64,000 bases of DNA from positions 15,938,037 through 16,002,036 of the forward strand of contig NC_069000.1 in assembly GCF_001194135.2 (NCBI RefSeq), written 5' to 3'. How positions within the stretch are numbered: the first letter of the stretch is position 1; the number at the start of each line of letters is the position of its first letter. This document shows, one piece after another, positions 14,101-26,700 of this stretch. The translations under genes were made by a program, and so were the position numbers. The notes under the pieces were generated by a model, which was given only the letters and a program-made list of their open reading frames with translations, had not been told where the DNA came from and did not search any database. Source of the DNA: Octopus bimaculoides (Eukaryota).

Positions 14101-16535
14101 GAAGTTGGCCCCAACACTTCCAAGACGTTTTGGTGACTATTCTTCAATGGTCTAGTTGCTGGTGTTATTTAACCTAATCTCAACTTGGAATCAGTAGGTA
14201 CGTGATCAAACGTTGTGCCCATCCTGTCCTTTTTATCTAAACATATATCTCGAGTACGCATTCTCTTCGTTTCATTTAAGACCATAAAGTTAAGGGAAAT
14301 TTTTAGCAGATGGCATGACTGTGTTCAGGTTCTCTCACCGGTTTCTTACTCAACATCTTTGACTTCATTGTGTTCTGAATCTTTAATGCTTCTTTCAAAT
14401 GTTATTACCCCGTGCGCATAAGCGAAAGCAGGGTATTGTAATCACTCGTCTTTGCCTGTTAGCAAAATTACTGGAAAATGGCTGAATGGATTTTCACCAC
14501 ATTTGGCAGAAATACTCGTTGGGTGAGTGGCTTGAAATGATTAATTATGTAAGCTTTAATAGATATGACCAGTAAATAATGTGTCTTTCCTCTGTAGGAA
14601 TACAAAAAGTATTCAAACAGCTGCATATTGAAAGTTTTACATTTTAATATTGAAACAGGCTATATCTGGCTAAAATATTCTACCCGTTTTATGTTCAAAC
14701 TAGCTGGATCTAACCTCTCACACCTATCCTACAATGTCATTCTAAAAATATACAATCACATCATCAAAATATGAAGCTAAGAGGTAAGACCTGATTAATT
14801 GAAAACAATGTGAATAAATAGGTATTACATTTGATGGAGAAATCTGAATGCTAAAGAGTTAAAAGAATAGACAATATTTCACATGCACACTTTCTATTTT
14901 TGAAAGAAGCAACACTATCTTCTTTGGGTGCAGTTTCGAATAAGCATTCAAAGAAATGAAACTGAAAGGTTGGGGGGGGGGGTATAAACTGGTTTGTTTA
15001 TAATCACTGAGATTTTGTTAAAACAACAAATTTATCTACTTTAGCAATTATCCATTTTGGTCCAGTGATTCATAACTTTTAAATTAATCATATCGATGAA
15101 GGCTGCAATTTATCTATTGTCAACAGCTTGTGATGTAAACAAAGCCGTCATGTAAACAAAGTGTATGTGTATACAAACAAAGATGCATGTGTGTGCAAGT
15201 AATACAGAGCATAGAAAAGAGTCTATAAGGGCGTTAGAAGAAAGTCCAAACACAAGGATAGTAAATACCAGTTCGTAGTTAAGGTACTGTAACAAGTCGA
15301 GGCTGCGTAACAGAGCCAGAGGAGAGGCACATGTCGTGAGAAGTTGTGGCTTCAATGCTGCTGCCAGTTACTTGATACAGGAGATCTCGCAGGTTGTATT
15401 CGCTGTTAACCATGGTGAAATAATTCACAAACAGTGTTGAGATAGAACCTGTGCGAGTGCTGTTGGTTGCTGTGTACGTAGCAAGAAGTTGGTGTTGACC
15501 CTAAGAAGCTGGAGGTCCGTAAGCTGCTGAACGAAGTGTTGGGTCTCCATGAGGCTATTGTCGTGTTTATTCTAGGTTGGTGTAGAGCCGTTTCGTTCCT
15601 GAGTGAATAGGCATGCCGCTAGAATACCAAAGGAAGCTTCGACCACATGTCGGGGTCGAGTTGGNNNNNNNNNNNNNNNNNNNNNNNNNNNNNNNNNNNN
15701 NNNNNNNNNNNNNNNNNNNNNNNNNNNNNNNNNNNNNNNNNNNNNNNNNNNNNNNNNNNNNNNNNNNNNNNNNNNNNNNNNNNNNNNNNNNNNNNNNNNN
15801 NNNNNNNNNNNNNNNNNNNNNNNNNNNNNNNNNNNNNNNNNNNNNNNNNNNNNNNNNNNNNNNNNNNNNNNNNNNNNNNNNNNNNNNNNNNNNNNNNNNN
15901 NNNNNNNNNNNNNNNNNNNNNNNNNNNNNNNNNNNNNNNNNNNNNNNNNNNNNNNNNNNNNNNNNNNNNNNNNNNNNNNNNNNNNNNNNNNNNNNNNNNN
16001 NNNNNNNNNNNNNNNNNCTTTAATTTCGTTTCATAGTCAAGATAGCGTTTATTTAATATGTAGAGTGTGTCAAAATATTAACATAGGAAAATGCTATATT
16101 TGTAATGAAAACCGTCTTAAACATAATCGACCGATTAAAAAGCATTTATTTAATGAAAATATTTCACTAACTTAGAATAAACACCTGTCAGACTAAAAAA
16201 CACTCACGTATACAAATGATCGTATTTACATAAATATTCAGTTGGTTAAAAAAAAGTGAGGGGGGGGGAGAAGGAATAGGGTGTTCTTAGCATTAAATCA
16301 ATAGAAATGAAGTGACAAGTATTTGAAAAATACATCTTCGTACATGAAAACATTCAACTCGTCTCAATTATGTAAAAAAATTGGCAGCATTTTTAATAAA
16401 TGTGACCACCAACCACATGGTTGAGGGTTCATTCAGACTGCGTGGTACCTTGGGCAAGTGTCTTCTACTATAGCCTCGGGCCGACCAAAGCCTTGTAAGT
16501 GGAATTGGTAGACAGAAACTGAAAGAAGCCTGTCG

Positions 16536-16572
<37 letters not shown>

Positions 16573-17000
16573 CTGTCCCCTCCAACATCGCTTGACAACC
16601 GATGGTGGTGTGTTTACGTCCCCGTAACTTAGCGGTTCGGCAAAAGAGACCGATAGAATAAGTACTAGGCTTACAAAGAATAAGTTCTGGGGTCGATTTG
16701 CTCGACTAAAGGCGGTGCTCCAGCATGGCCACAGTCAAATGACTGAAAACAAGTAAAAGAGAATAAAAGAGTAAGAAATTAGGAAATATATGATAATGTA
16801 TACTCTACAAATATATGAAACGGTCAGAAGCTAAAACTTCGTCCATATGGTATGAGTTGCAAAGAAGATAAGCAACGTATATTAGTATACAATAAAAATA
16901 GATAGTTAAAGGTATATATACCTCGTAATTGAGAAACTGCCAATCCCAAATGGTCTATAACATCGTTAAAAACGTTTTCACTGTGCCGACAATATGCCAT
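3496..17000 (-). CDS. CCNDBP1: Cyclin-D1-binding protein 1 (GCIP family), spliced; exons 17000-16922, 13488-13426, 12039-11960, 10865-10784, 9242-9149, 8410-8340, [missing exon], 5383-5078, 3927-3881, 3595-3496
   Basis: All listed exons have GT-AG boundaries and compatible phases except one 1->0 break. Translation matches recalled CCNDBP1 motifs: FYMLPKTQG (human YYLLPKDQG), WSEEDKTLLGP, SPAVDQLGIALYPPM, SSHVT...WLEFLLKAVEHN. Confidence 0.9.
3881..3927 (-). CDS. CCNDBP1: CCNDBP1 penultimate exon (SEHLAEILRNFLNCL)
   Basis: atcatag acceptor, gtgagt donor, 47 bp, phase 0->2. Confidence 0.85.
4823..5017. mobile_element. Tc1/mariner-like MITE (partial copy 36363-36540)
   Basis: TIR ggggtgctgaaaagttcctgg / ccaggaatttttcagtgcccc. 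Confidence 0.7.
5078..5383 (-). CDS. CCNDBP1: CCNDBP1 large exon (GVTEDGQFDD...FVRAY)
   Basis: ctctttcag acceptor, gtgagt donor, 306 bp open frame, strong motif match. Confidence 0.93.
5479..5697 (-). mobile_element. Young RTE LINE 3' end copy
   Basis: (CAT)n then cgtttaacgtccgctttccatgctagcatggg, near-identical to the reverse of 43149-43393. Confidence 0.85.
5698..6066. other. Assembly gap (others 7016-7718, ~8550-8559, 15665-16017, 19558-19567, 35433-35894, 42294-43147, 45247-45904, 49705-49907, ~53040-53105)
   Basis: Runs of N. Confidence 0.98.
8340..8410 (-). CDS. CCNDBP1: CCNDBP1 exon 6 (GSPEMLYKTGIVWEHSDFFSSQPK)
   Basis: ttttccccag acceptor, gtaaat donor, 71 bp, phase 2->1. Confidence 0.85.
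9149..9242 (-). CDS. CCNDBP1: CCNDBP1 exon 5 (GLLLRDSFKKSTIELIEKVNTFIKSIQTGSA)
   Basis: AG acceptor after a pyrimidine tract, gtaagt donor, 94 bp, phase 1->2. Confidence 0.85.
10784..10865 (-). CDS. CCNDBP1: CCNDBP1 exon 4 (AVTKMLSKLEMTALTLVSSFYMLPKTQ)
   Basis: tttcttttag acceptor, gtatta donor, 82 bp. Confidence 0.88.
11442..11667 (-). mobile_element. tRNA-derived SINE family D with 13-bp TSD
   Basis: ATGCTTCCAAATT at 11429-11441 and 11668-11680; gtcgactttgcctttcatcc core. Confidence 0.88.
11960..12039 (-). CDS. CCNDBP1: CCNDBP1 exon 3 (RNISLSLSHDVTLISMAFSKTPYPTPE)
   Basis: tctctttcag acceptor, gtaagt donor, 80 bp; resembles human SREATTLTIVFSQLPLPSPQE. Confidence 0.88.
12890..13270 (-). 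mobile_element. Older RTE subfamily 3' fragment (related copies ~4110-4420, 20810-20960, 23320-23645, 26480-26645, 32750-32903, 36900-37280)
   Basis: Shared catgggt..ggtttgac..ggctggatgcccttcctaa core. Confidence 0.7.
13426..13488 (-). CDS. CCNDBP1: CCNDBP1 exon 2 (DGESDHAENTYYTKDDYWNQI)
   Basis: ttttttcag acceptor, gtatgc donor, 63 bp, phase 1->1. Confidence 0.8.
   Translation of the reverse strand: MANQIMQRTPIILKMITGIK
14402..14550 (+). mobile_element. Helentron/HINE-like 5' fragment
   Basis: TTATTACCCC..GGGTA sub-terminal hairpin then TTAGCAAAATTAC..GAATGGATTTTCACCACATTTGG, like HINE/DINE-1 elements as I recall them. Confidence 0.5.
16408..16772 (+). mobile_element. tRNA-derived CORE-like SINE, family B (OR-type octopus SINE-like)
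   Basis: ACCTTGGGCAAGT core, central (TA)n/(TG)n, cagtcaaatgactg + (AAAGAGT)-like tail; repeated many times in the window. Confidence 0.85.
16922..17000 (-). CDS. CCNDBP1: CCNDBP1 exon 1 (MAYCRHSENVFNDVIDHLGLAVSQLR)
   Basis: ATG at 17000, donor GAG|gtatat; 79 bp, phase 1 fits the next exon. Confidence 0.75.
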
Positions 17001-17373
17001 GTTTTTCAGTAAATACACCTATATCTGAAGAGTAACACTTGAAAACATTATAATTATTTTCGGTTAGTCTGTCCTTTTTTGTCCCCTCTATGTTCAACTC
17101 CTTGTGGGCAATGAAGAAATTAGTATTTGACTTCAAATTATATTCGATAAATAAAAATACTTTTAATCTGGTAAAGCTTTTTTTTTTAAAATGCATAAAA
17201 TTATGTTGTTTAGATGTGAAATAAAAAGAAAATTATAATATTAGTTATGCCTCCATATCGAACGTAAGTTAATGCACGTTCCCAGATAAAGGTGTCACGT
17301 GCTTAGCAGTTTAGTTCCTGCCATTAATTTCAGGATTCTAGTCTTGTTTCTCTGTTTTTAAAGTAAAGTTGAG
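17001..17373. promoter_or_regulatory. Bidirectional promoter region CCNDBP1/PDCD5
   Basis: 373 bp between divergent ATGs; E-box GTCACGTG at 17294-17301. Confidence 0.7.
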
Positions 17374-17439
17374 ATGGCTGATCCGGAATTAGAGGCTATT
17401 CGTGCTCGCCGAATGGCCGAGCTTCAGAGACAAAGCGGG
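17374..17439 (+). CDS. PDCD5: PDCD5 exon 1
   Basis: ATG to GGG|gtaagt. Confidence 0.95.
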
Positions 17440-17594
17440 GTAAGTTAAATCAACGAAGAAATTTAACATGTTACTTTTTATTTGAAAAAAAAAAAAAAAT
17501 TATCGATTGGGCAAATGTCTTCTACTATAGCCTCGGACCGACCAAAGCCTTGTGAGTGGATTTGGTAGATGGAAACTGAAAGAAGCCCGTCGTA

Positions 17595-17631
<37 letters not shown>

Positions 17632-20600
17632 GTTTATATGTATGTGCGTGTGTATGTTTGCCTGTCTATGTTTGTCCCCCCAACATCGCTTGACAACCGA
17701 TGCTGGTGTGTTTACGTCCCCGTAACTTAGCAGTTCGGCAAAAAGAGACCGATAGAATAAGTACTAGGCTTCCAAAGAATAAGTCCTGGGGTCGATTTGC
17801 TCGACTAAAAAAGGCGGTGCTCCAGCATGGCCACAGTCAAAAGACTGAAACAAGTAAAAGAGAGAGAGAGAGAGAGAGCTATAATGCAGTATTTAGTAAT
17901 AAATGTCAACTACTTCGACACTGCTTGTTTCAAATGTTGTTATTGTTTATCTCGACTCATATCAGTGACGAGCATTTCAATCACAACCGTCGCAATTTCT
18001 ATATCTAGGATTACATTATCCAGTTTGTCATTATTACTCTTTTAAGTCGATAGGCTGCGATTTTTTGCAAGTCAATCGACGACGTAAAGGAGCCTCTCGT
18101 TAGTTCAGCGTGGTTCTAACAGTGATTATAAATGTGCAAAAAAAAAAAAAAAAAAAAAATGCTTGCCCAAATTATATTTTAACTATAAAATAATTTCTTT
18201 GATAGTCATTATAGATGTCTTTCTTTAAAAATTAAATGTAACTGCAACACAGTATTTCATTGAATTCGTTGTCAACTTGTCTCAGTTAACTCTTTTCTAG
18301 CATGCCCTCGTGTGGATTTGATAAATTTGACAGTCTGTATTGCACATTTAAATATCTAAGGCTATTTTTCTTGGAGTCTTTTAAAAAATTAATTATATAA
18401 TTGTTGATACCATAATTGCATTGATATGAAAGCGGTGATTGATTCAAATGAATAATTATATACAAGCATCTTAGTTTACAATAGAAGAAAGGTGTATGAG
18501 ATGATAGCGGCTCATAGATGCCTTTTTTGAACATCGTGTGGATGTAATATGAATACATTATAATTGGTTTAGTTTGGGTTAAGTTTTGTGCGTCAGACGC
18601 TTCTAGAAATATTGTCTTATGTTCTGTTAACAATAAGTATAAATCTTTAAACACGATAATTCAGTCTTAATAGCTCATCGTAAATCCATTTAACCTGTTT
18701 ATGCCAAGCACAGTTTAAAAAAAAGATTAAGCCAGCTACATCTATTTTTACAACTGCGAGGAAATGTACATTTCGAGGAAGCTTAATAAGACCAGAACCT
18801 GTCAGAAATCGTCTCTCGTAACCGCTGAAAATAATATTTGTGAACGATTATTACTTTAGCTCACCACATAATGGTTTTTTGCTTTTAGTATTGAACTGTA
18901 AATCCTATTAAGTGTTATTACGTATATATATAAAACAGACTTCTGTGCAGTTTCTACCAATAATTTCTGTTGGCTATATTAATCGACCTTAAACGACAGT
19001 AGAAGACACTTGGTGAAAGTGCTGTGCAGTGGGATTGAACTCGGTTGTGAAACGAGTTTATTAGCTGTTGATGCTCCTGTTTTAAATATGTAATCACTCT
19101 CCTATTATTCTCTTCTCTCATTTGGGTCTCAGCAACAAAGACTTCCAGTTACTCTATTCTGGCTCGATTTCCCTCTCTTATTCTTCTAAATATAGCTACT
19201 TCTTGCTTTGTTTTGGGTCTTCAAATCCTAATGGAATTGTAAGGGCACTGCTGTGATCTATAGTGCATCTATGGGATTTAAAATTGGATGAGTCCATCCC
19301 TGTCCAACTATGACCACTGCTGATTTCTTCCAGAGATAAAGAATTAACACCCCCAGTCTGGGACTGGTGCTTTATTTACCAAACCATATAGGATGGAAGA
19401 CAGTTTCTCTTGAGGGGATTTAAACTCAGAAAACGGAGAAGCATAGGCATAGGAGTGGCTGTGTGGTTCCGGGTTCAGTCCCACTGCGTGGCACCTTGGG
19501 CAAGTGTCTTCTACTATAGCCTCAGGCCGACCAAAGCCTTGTGAGTGGAATTGGTAGNNNNNNNNNNTACTATAGCCTCAGGCCGACCAAAGCCTTGTGA
19601 GTGGAATTGGTAGACGGAAACTGAAAGAAGCCCATCGTATATATGTATATATATATATTTATATATATATATATGTGTGTGTGTCCCTCTAATATATCCC
19701 TCAACGTGGCACACTCAAAACAATGCCCCAGAGCACCCATCTGGTTACTTCATTCATAACTGCACAAGTTAACATGTCTTGGCTCTGCTGATTCTACACA
19801 AAACCCTTTTGGTTTGTGATGTTTTAGCCCTGGGAAAGTTAGTTTTTATTCTACTTAACCATTGATTTTTTATTACCTGGGTGTGAGACATTTAAAAACT
19901 AAAAAGAAAAAAAAGTACAGAAATCTTAATTACAAAATTAAAAAAAAACAAACTAAGTAATGCTTATCAAACTATACACAGGCCTTCGACTTGTGACTGG
20001 TTTGATAAGTGTCAATGCATGAAACTCTTGGACCTTGAGTCACTTTGTTACCTCTGCTAAATATTAAAAATATACATATACTCATATTTTTTAGTTCTAT
20101 TTTTCCTGTTTGCGTCAACATTCCTGTGTCATCATCATTGTTTAGCGTCCGCTTTCCATGCTAGCATGGGTTGGACGATTTGACTGAGGACTGGTGAAAC
20201 CAGATGGCTACACCAGGCTCCAATCTGATTTGGCAGAGTTTCTACAGCTGGATGCCCTTCCTAACGCCAACCACTCCGAGAGTGTAGTGGGTGCTTTTAC
20301 GTGCCACCGGCATGAAGGCCAGTCAGGCGGTACTGGCAACGGCCACGCTCAAAATGGTGTATTTTATGTGCCACCCGCACAAGAGCCAGTCCAGGGGCAC
20401 TGGCAACGATCTCTATTTGTAAACTATAATAAAGTAAATTTTAATATTCAAATTTTAATTTTAGCTGCAATATTTTAAGTAAAAAGTTTCTTCTTCTTTA
20501 CTTTACTAGAAGTAATAGCTTGTCCTATACTTTTCCAGGTTTATAATCTTAAGAATATGACTTTTCATGCTCACATTTTTCCATGTAATGTACATATGCA

Positions 20601-23600
20601 TGCATTTATATGTATTTATTTATTTTATTTACTTTCATTGTAGATGTCTAACAGTAATCACCGTAGTAAAGAAGAGACAGAACAGAAACTTCAGCAACAA
20701 GAAGAGCTGAGAAATTCAATATTGTCTCAAGTATTAGATCAATCAGCCCGAGCTAGATGTATGTATCCTCATATGAATTCCTTATTTAATTCTTAACTGA
20801 AAATCTTCATCACCATGCTTTATGACTGTTTTCTATGCTGGCATGTGTCGGATGGATTGGAAGATATTTTTCTCCAAGTTTAATTTTTGGCCTGGTTTCA
20901 ATGGCTGGATGCCCTTCCTATAATACCACCCACTTTACTGCGTGGCACTAGCACTACAGAGGTTGCCTTGCTGCCAGTAAGACTAAAGAGCCGTCTGGGG
21001 TTCTACATTGTTGCTGCTTGAGTGCATTTTGTGGCGTCTGTACTAGTGAGGCTGCCTTTCATCTTGGAATGTTGCAAAGCAAAAGGGAGCCTCCCTCCCT
21101 TCCCATAATTGATTGAAGAAATTTATTGGGAGAGAATGGAAATGGGGAGATGTTGGGATGCGAGTAATGAAGATAGAAGGGAAAAGTAATGTTGGATTAG
21201 TGTAAAGGAGAGCAAGGACACAGTGGTAATGATAATGAGGTGGGTTGAGTAGGAGAACTTAAGTGATGAGATAGGTCAGTCTGTCTGCCATACAAGCATA
21301 ATTTAGGCATGAGGAGATACAATGCTACTCCAGTTATATATGGGTGAGTAGAGTGGTGTGTGTAGGAAAAAGATGATGATGATGTGCTGGGGATATCTTC
21401 AAGAACATGGTGACAAGAAAGTCAGGGTGGGTGAGTAGAGGTTATCGGAGAGCAGTCTCTCCTCACTCAAGTGTCATCATTTGAGAGTAATGAAGTCCTG
21501 GAGTCAATATAATAGACCATATCTGCCACCAAAATTTGTTACCATGAGCTTATTGAACTAAATACTTGGTGAACATGATCTGTAGCCTGGTTTAATTTCA
21601 TACCTGAACACAGCTTCATATTCAATAACATGCATGTGTATATATTATAAATGCCAATTCTTAAAATCTGCCCTTTTTAACTTCAATCTTTGCAGTTTAA
21701 TTCTTTCATGCTAGCATGGAAGGTAGACATTAAACGTTGATGATGGAGAAAAGTGGATAAAAGACTCATCTATGGTTTTGAAGTAATTAATTTGTATGTT
21801 TGTATCCTGTGTTAGCTGTGATGTATAAGCATTATTTAGAAGGATTGCTTTAGTACTATGGTTAGGATGTCTGTCACGTTTACAGAAAATGTGGGTTCAT
21901 GTCCCACATTTTATAAATAATAGTGAGTAGAATATTGGCTTCAAATTCTGGCACATGGCCAGAAATTGTGGGGAAGGGGCTAAGTAGATTGACCCTAGTG
22001 CTCAACTGGTATTTCATTGACCCCCCAAAAAGATGAAAGACAAAGTTGACCTCGGCAGGATTTGAACTCAGTATGTAAAGCCAGACAAAATGCCGCTAAG
22101 TATTTTACTCAGCATGCTAACAATTTTGCCAGCTTGCTGTGGAATATTGGTGAAAAAAACTCCTTGGATGGAAAAAAAATTCTAAGCTATAACATTTCAG
22201 TTGTACTTGGAATTTGGAATATATACCCAAATGTTTGTATCAGCTAAGTTTGTCTTACATCACGGCAATTTAACATTTTAATAAAGATTTATTTACCCTC
22301 CACCTCCAAAAAAAAACAAAACAAAACAAAAAGTCTGGTCACCTTTCATAAACCTAAAGTGATGATTTTAACCAAAACATTAAATTTTAGTAATTTAGTA
22401 GCTGCTTTGATATGCTTTTGGTCTTTATATCCATAATCTACTAAAGAGTCAACAGGTAAAATTCTTCAGAATGTTTTTTCTGGCCTAATGTTTTTCACAG
22501 TTAAACTGGCCAAAAACGGCTACCATAAACACAGGGCTATTTTATTGCTCTGTCTATCTGTATGTTGTGTTTTAGATATGTTACTTTAGTTAACAGAATA
22601 CGTTTCACTGCTTCTTTCAGGAAGAGATGTCTTATTAAGTTTCATAATTAATATACTAATACAATCTTTGAAAGTAAATTATTTTTAATGGTAGAACTTG
22701 AAGTAGGTAAAGCTATAAATAGTAGCATGCAGAATATTGTGTTAAAATCCCTTTGGATTGTAAAAAGTCAGGGTTTTTTTAACACTAATAGTCTACGTGC
22801 TGTTATTTGTAGCTTTATCTAATTTGAATTTTACTAAGAAAATAATTTACATTATAACTACTGTAATTTCTAAATTCTTGTATTCTAAACAACCTAATAT
22901 CAAAGACTATAACTCTATAAGTGGAGATGCAATGGCCCAGTGGTTAGGGCAGTGAATTCGCAGTCATAGGATCGCGGTTTCGATTCCCAGACCGGGCGTT
23001 GGGAGTGTTTATTGAGCGAAAACACCTAAAAGCTCCACGAGGCTCCGGCAGGGGATGGTGGCGAACCCTGCTGTACTCTTTCACCACAACTTTCTCTCAC
23101 TCTTACTTCCTGTTTCTGTTGCGCCTGTAATTCAAAGGGTCAGCCTTGTCACACTGTGTCATGCTGAATCTCCCCGAGAACTGCATTAAGGGTACACGTG
23201 TCTGTGGAGTGCTCACCCACTTGCACGTTAATTTCACGAGCAAACTGTTCCGTTGATCGGATCAACTGGAACCCTCGACGTCGTAAGCGACGGAGTGCCA
23301 ACAATAACTCCATAAATCATCAGTTAACGTCCGTTCTCCATGCTGGCCTGGGTTGAAAAGTTTGACAGGAACTGGCCAGCAGCCAAAATTCCATTCTGTT
23401 TTTTTTCTTGGCATGGTTTCTATGGTTGGATGCCGTTCCTAAGGCCAACCACTTTAGGGAACATACTGGGCGCTTTTAACATGGCACCAGCATGGGCACT
23501 TTTACATGGTGTTGGCATGGGTGCTTCTACATGGTGCTGGTATGGATGCTTATCCGTGGCACTGGCACAGGTGTTTCTACATGGTGCCAGCAAGGATGCT

Positions 23601-23760
23601 TTCACATGGTGCTGGCATGGACACACATGTAGCACTGGCACTCACAAGTCTGGAAAACTAGAACCTCAGCTAAGTGTTAATGGAGTTTAATTAAATGATT
23701 CTAAATGTCAAACAAAACATGATTACATGTCCTCTACTAAAATATATATTTTCAATGCAT

Positions 23761-23799
<39 letters not shown>

Positions 23800-26700
23800 C
23801 ATCTGGATTACTTAATGGTTTTGCTGGCCTATTTAGAATATTAAAAATTGACACATGACTAGCATGCTCTGTTCTGAATAAAGTCACTTTAAGAAAAAAA
23901 AAAAAAAAATCATCTGTTTTCTCTTTCAGTAAATACCATTGCAGTTGCTAAACCAGAAAAGGCTAAAATGGTTGAGAGCATGTTATGTCAAATGGCAACA
24001 AGTGGACAGATTGCCGGAAAGGTTAGTATTGCATTATTATATTATGAAAATGACTCAACTGTTTGCAGTTTGCCATGGTGTAGCTAGTTGATTTGTGTTT
24101 GTACTTGACTGTGTATTTTAGTGTGTGTGTACAGTGAAGGTATGTGGCTTAGTGGTTAGGGTATTTAGCTCATGATCGCAAGGTTGTGAGTTCAGTTCCT
24201 AGTGATATGTTGTACTTGAGCAAGACACTTTATTTCATGTTGCTCCAGTCCATTCAGTTGGCAAAACTGAGTGGTGCCTGTATTTCAAAGGGCCAGCCTT
24301 GTCTCACACTGTGTTACGCTGAATCTCTTTGAGAACTATGTTAAGGGTACCCATGTCTGTGGAGTGCGCACCCACATGCATGTTAATTTAACGAGCAGGC
24401 TGTTCTGTTGATTGGATCAACTGGAACCCTCTTCATTGTAATTGACAGAGTGACAGTGATATGTTTGTATGCCCCCACCCTCACTCTTTCTCACCATCAT
24501 TTAACATCCATTTTTCTATGCATGTGTTAGATGTAATTTGTTGAGGTAGATTTCCTACAGCTGGATGCCCTTTCTGTCATTAACCCTTATCTGTTTCCAA
24601 GCTTGGTAATATTTCTTATGGCCAGACATGTTACCATGGGAGACTGGAAATGATTCAACATAACTTCTTTGGTGATGCTTGTTTACAACTATCATGTAAT
24701 ATCATGACACACACACACACTTCTTTCAGTTACCAAATCTGATCACAAGGCTTTGGTTAGCCTGGGACTATAGTAGAAGACACTTGCTCAAGGTGCTGCA
24801 CTGTAGGATTGAACCCAACACCACAGTTGAGAAGCAAGCTTCTAACCACATGGCCATGCATGTACCTACACGTACATTGAAATATGTGAAAAGGTGCTGT
24901 ATTTCTGTTGCATGACTCAGTTACTGCACCTACAATGTGAGAAGTACACCTATGCCACCCACTTAATTTATTCAGGTGTTGTTTGCCTGTGAGAAACCTA
25001 GCAGGGCTCTCTACATAGCACACATACTCGTTTCCTCTCCAGCATCTCTACACTACCTCCAGATCTATCTTTCATCTTGTCAACATTTTGTCTTGTTGTG
25101 TGTGTAATTAGTTTACATTACTTGTGAGCTTTGCTCAGCTGTTTGAACAGCTCTGAAGCTCAGCTCACCAAACATAGAATATATTGCTATTACTAGTTGT
25201 AGGCATCTTGTACATATTGTGGGTCATGTTCTAAAATTTGCATCTATTTGGAAATTTGGGCTGCTACAATAAGCAGTTTAATTGATCTTCAACTATTTTT
25301 TTTTCTGGCCATCTCTGCTTTGATCTTACGCATCTTACCCAGTGGTTTCTAAAAGAATGAGCTGCACATCATAGTAGAAGAATAATTGGTGGGGGAATTT
25401 TGATAAAGTAATAATTACTTCACTTATTAGGAGTACTTTGTTAAATAATCCCTGTGCTTCTTCTGGGGGAAGTTGAGAGAACCACTCACCTAGTGTACAG
25501 AACCCATATCTGGTAGTTGTCTTTGACATCAGTGCTTTGCATTTTCCTCAGTTCAGTTCTGATTAAATTTTTTTAAACTCAGGTCAGCCCAGTCAACTTT
25601 GACTGAGTAGATTTATGATCAAAGACATAATGTAATCTAGGATTACGTTATCAAATATGTCCTTGTTTGTAAAGTCAGTAAGATTTGGCTTGAGGGGAAT
25701 CTGATATTTCTAGCGATACAAATGACCATGTATATTAAACTACTTTTTGAACAGTTTAAAATGTAAAGGTTAATAAAAATTACTTTTGGATATTTTTCCT
25801 TTCATTTATATTTCAGTAAGTTTGTCGTAACACAAATACTAGTTAATTATCAGTTCAATGCTAAGTTAACAGTTAGATAAAGACTTTCCTTTACTTGTAT
25901 GTTTGTAGGTTAAGTTTGTAAGTTAAAAGGGCGTTGAATTGGTAGAATGAATAAGGTGATGCTAACTAAAACACATTACAATATTTAAATTTGTCCTATG
26001 ACCTGGGTTAAATCCCAACTTTGTCATTCATTTTTACAGGAAATCAATAAAAAGAACCAGTAATACACTGAAGTTGGCTTAAATCTAATTTCACATGGAA
26101 AAATATAATTGTTTAATGGAAAAATTAGCTTTACATCAAGCAAAATATTTTTGTTTTTCATACTATTTAATTTACAATTATTTTTGGTTGAGCAGATAAT
26201 TATCTTCCGGTTTCTGTTTGCAGCTTAGTGAAAACCATCTAATTAGTCTATTGGAACAAGTTAGTGAGCAGACGCAGCGAAAAACAACAGTAAAGGTAAG
26301 AATTTTTTTTTTTTAATTAAAAAGTGCTTCGCATCCATACAAATCTTGGTTTGATGAAACCTCTTGTATGTGTGTGCGTGTATAGTAGTGTCCCTTTATG
26401 ATACGAAAAAAGAAAAAAAAGGTTTAGTACTTTGCTAAAAGGTTTGTGAAAATAAGTATTAAGCTCAGTGGTGATGGTGCCATGTAAAAATCACCCAGTA
26501 TACTCCGTAGATTGGTGGGCATCCAGCTGTAGAAACCAAACCAAAAGCAGACTATGGAACTTGGTGCAATCCCTGGTCTTGCCAGTTCCTGTTAAACTGT
26601 CCAATCCATGGCAGCATGGAAAACTGATGATAAATGTTGATGATATTCAGCTAAAACCCTTGGCATCCCATCATGCTTGCAGTCATTGACTGAAACCAGT

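Noticed and set aside
19513-19612. 45-bp perfect direct repeat inside a SINE
   Set aside because: The two copies flank a 10-N gap exactly, typical of an unmerged contig overlap rather than a real duplication.
20194-20478. Recurrent [31 protein letters not shown] (five copies)
   Set aside because: It is the antisense reading of the RTE 3' UTR and starts at GTG; it recurs because the TE is repeated, not because of a peptide gene family.
20763-20770. GTATCCTC resembling a U12 donor in PDCD5
   Set aside because: It mismatches the GTATCCTT consensus, and using it frameshifts into a stop; the U2 donor at 20759 keeps the conserved frame.
22923-23000. tRNA-like sequence with A and B boxes (also 38095-38171)
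   Set aside because: It continues into a ~380-bp repeated body and tail, so it is a SINE head, not a tRNA gene.
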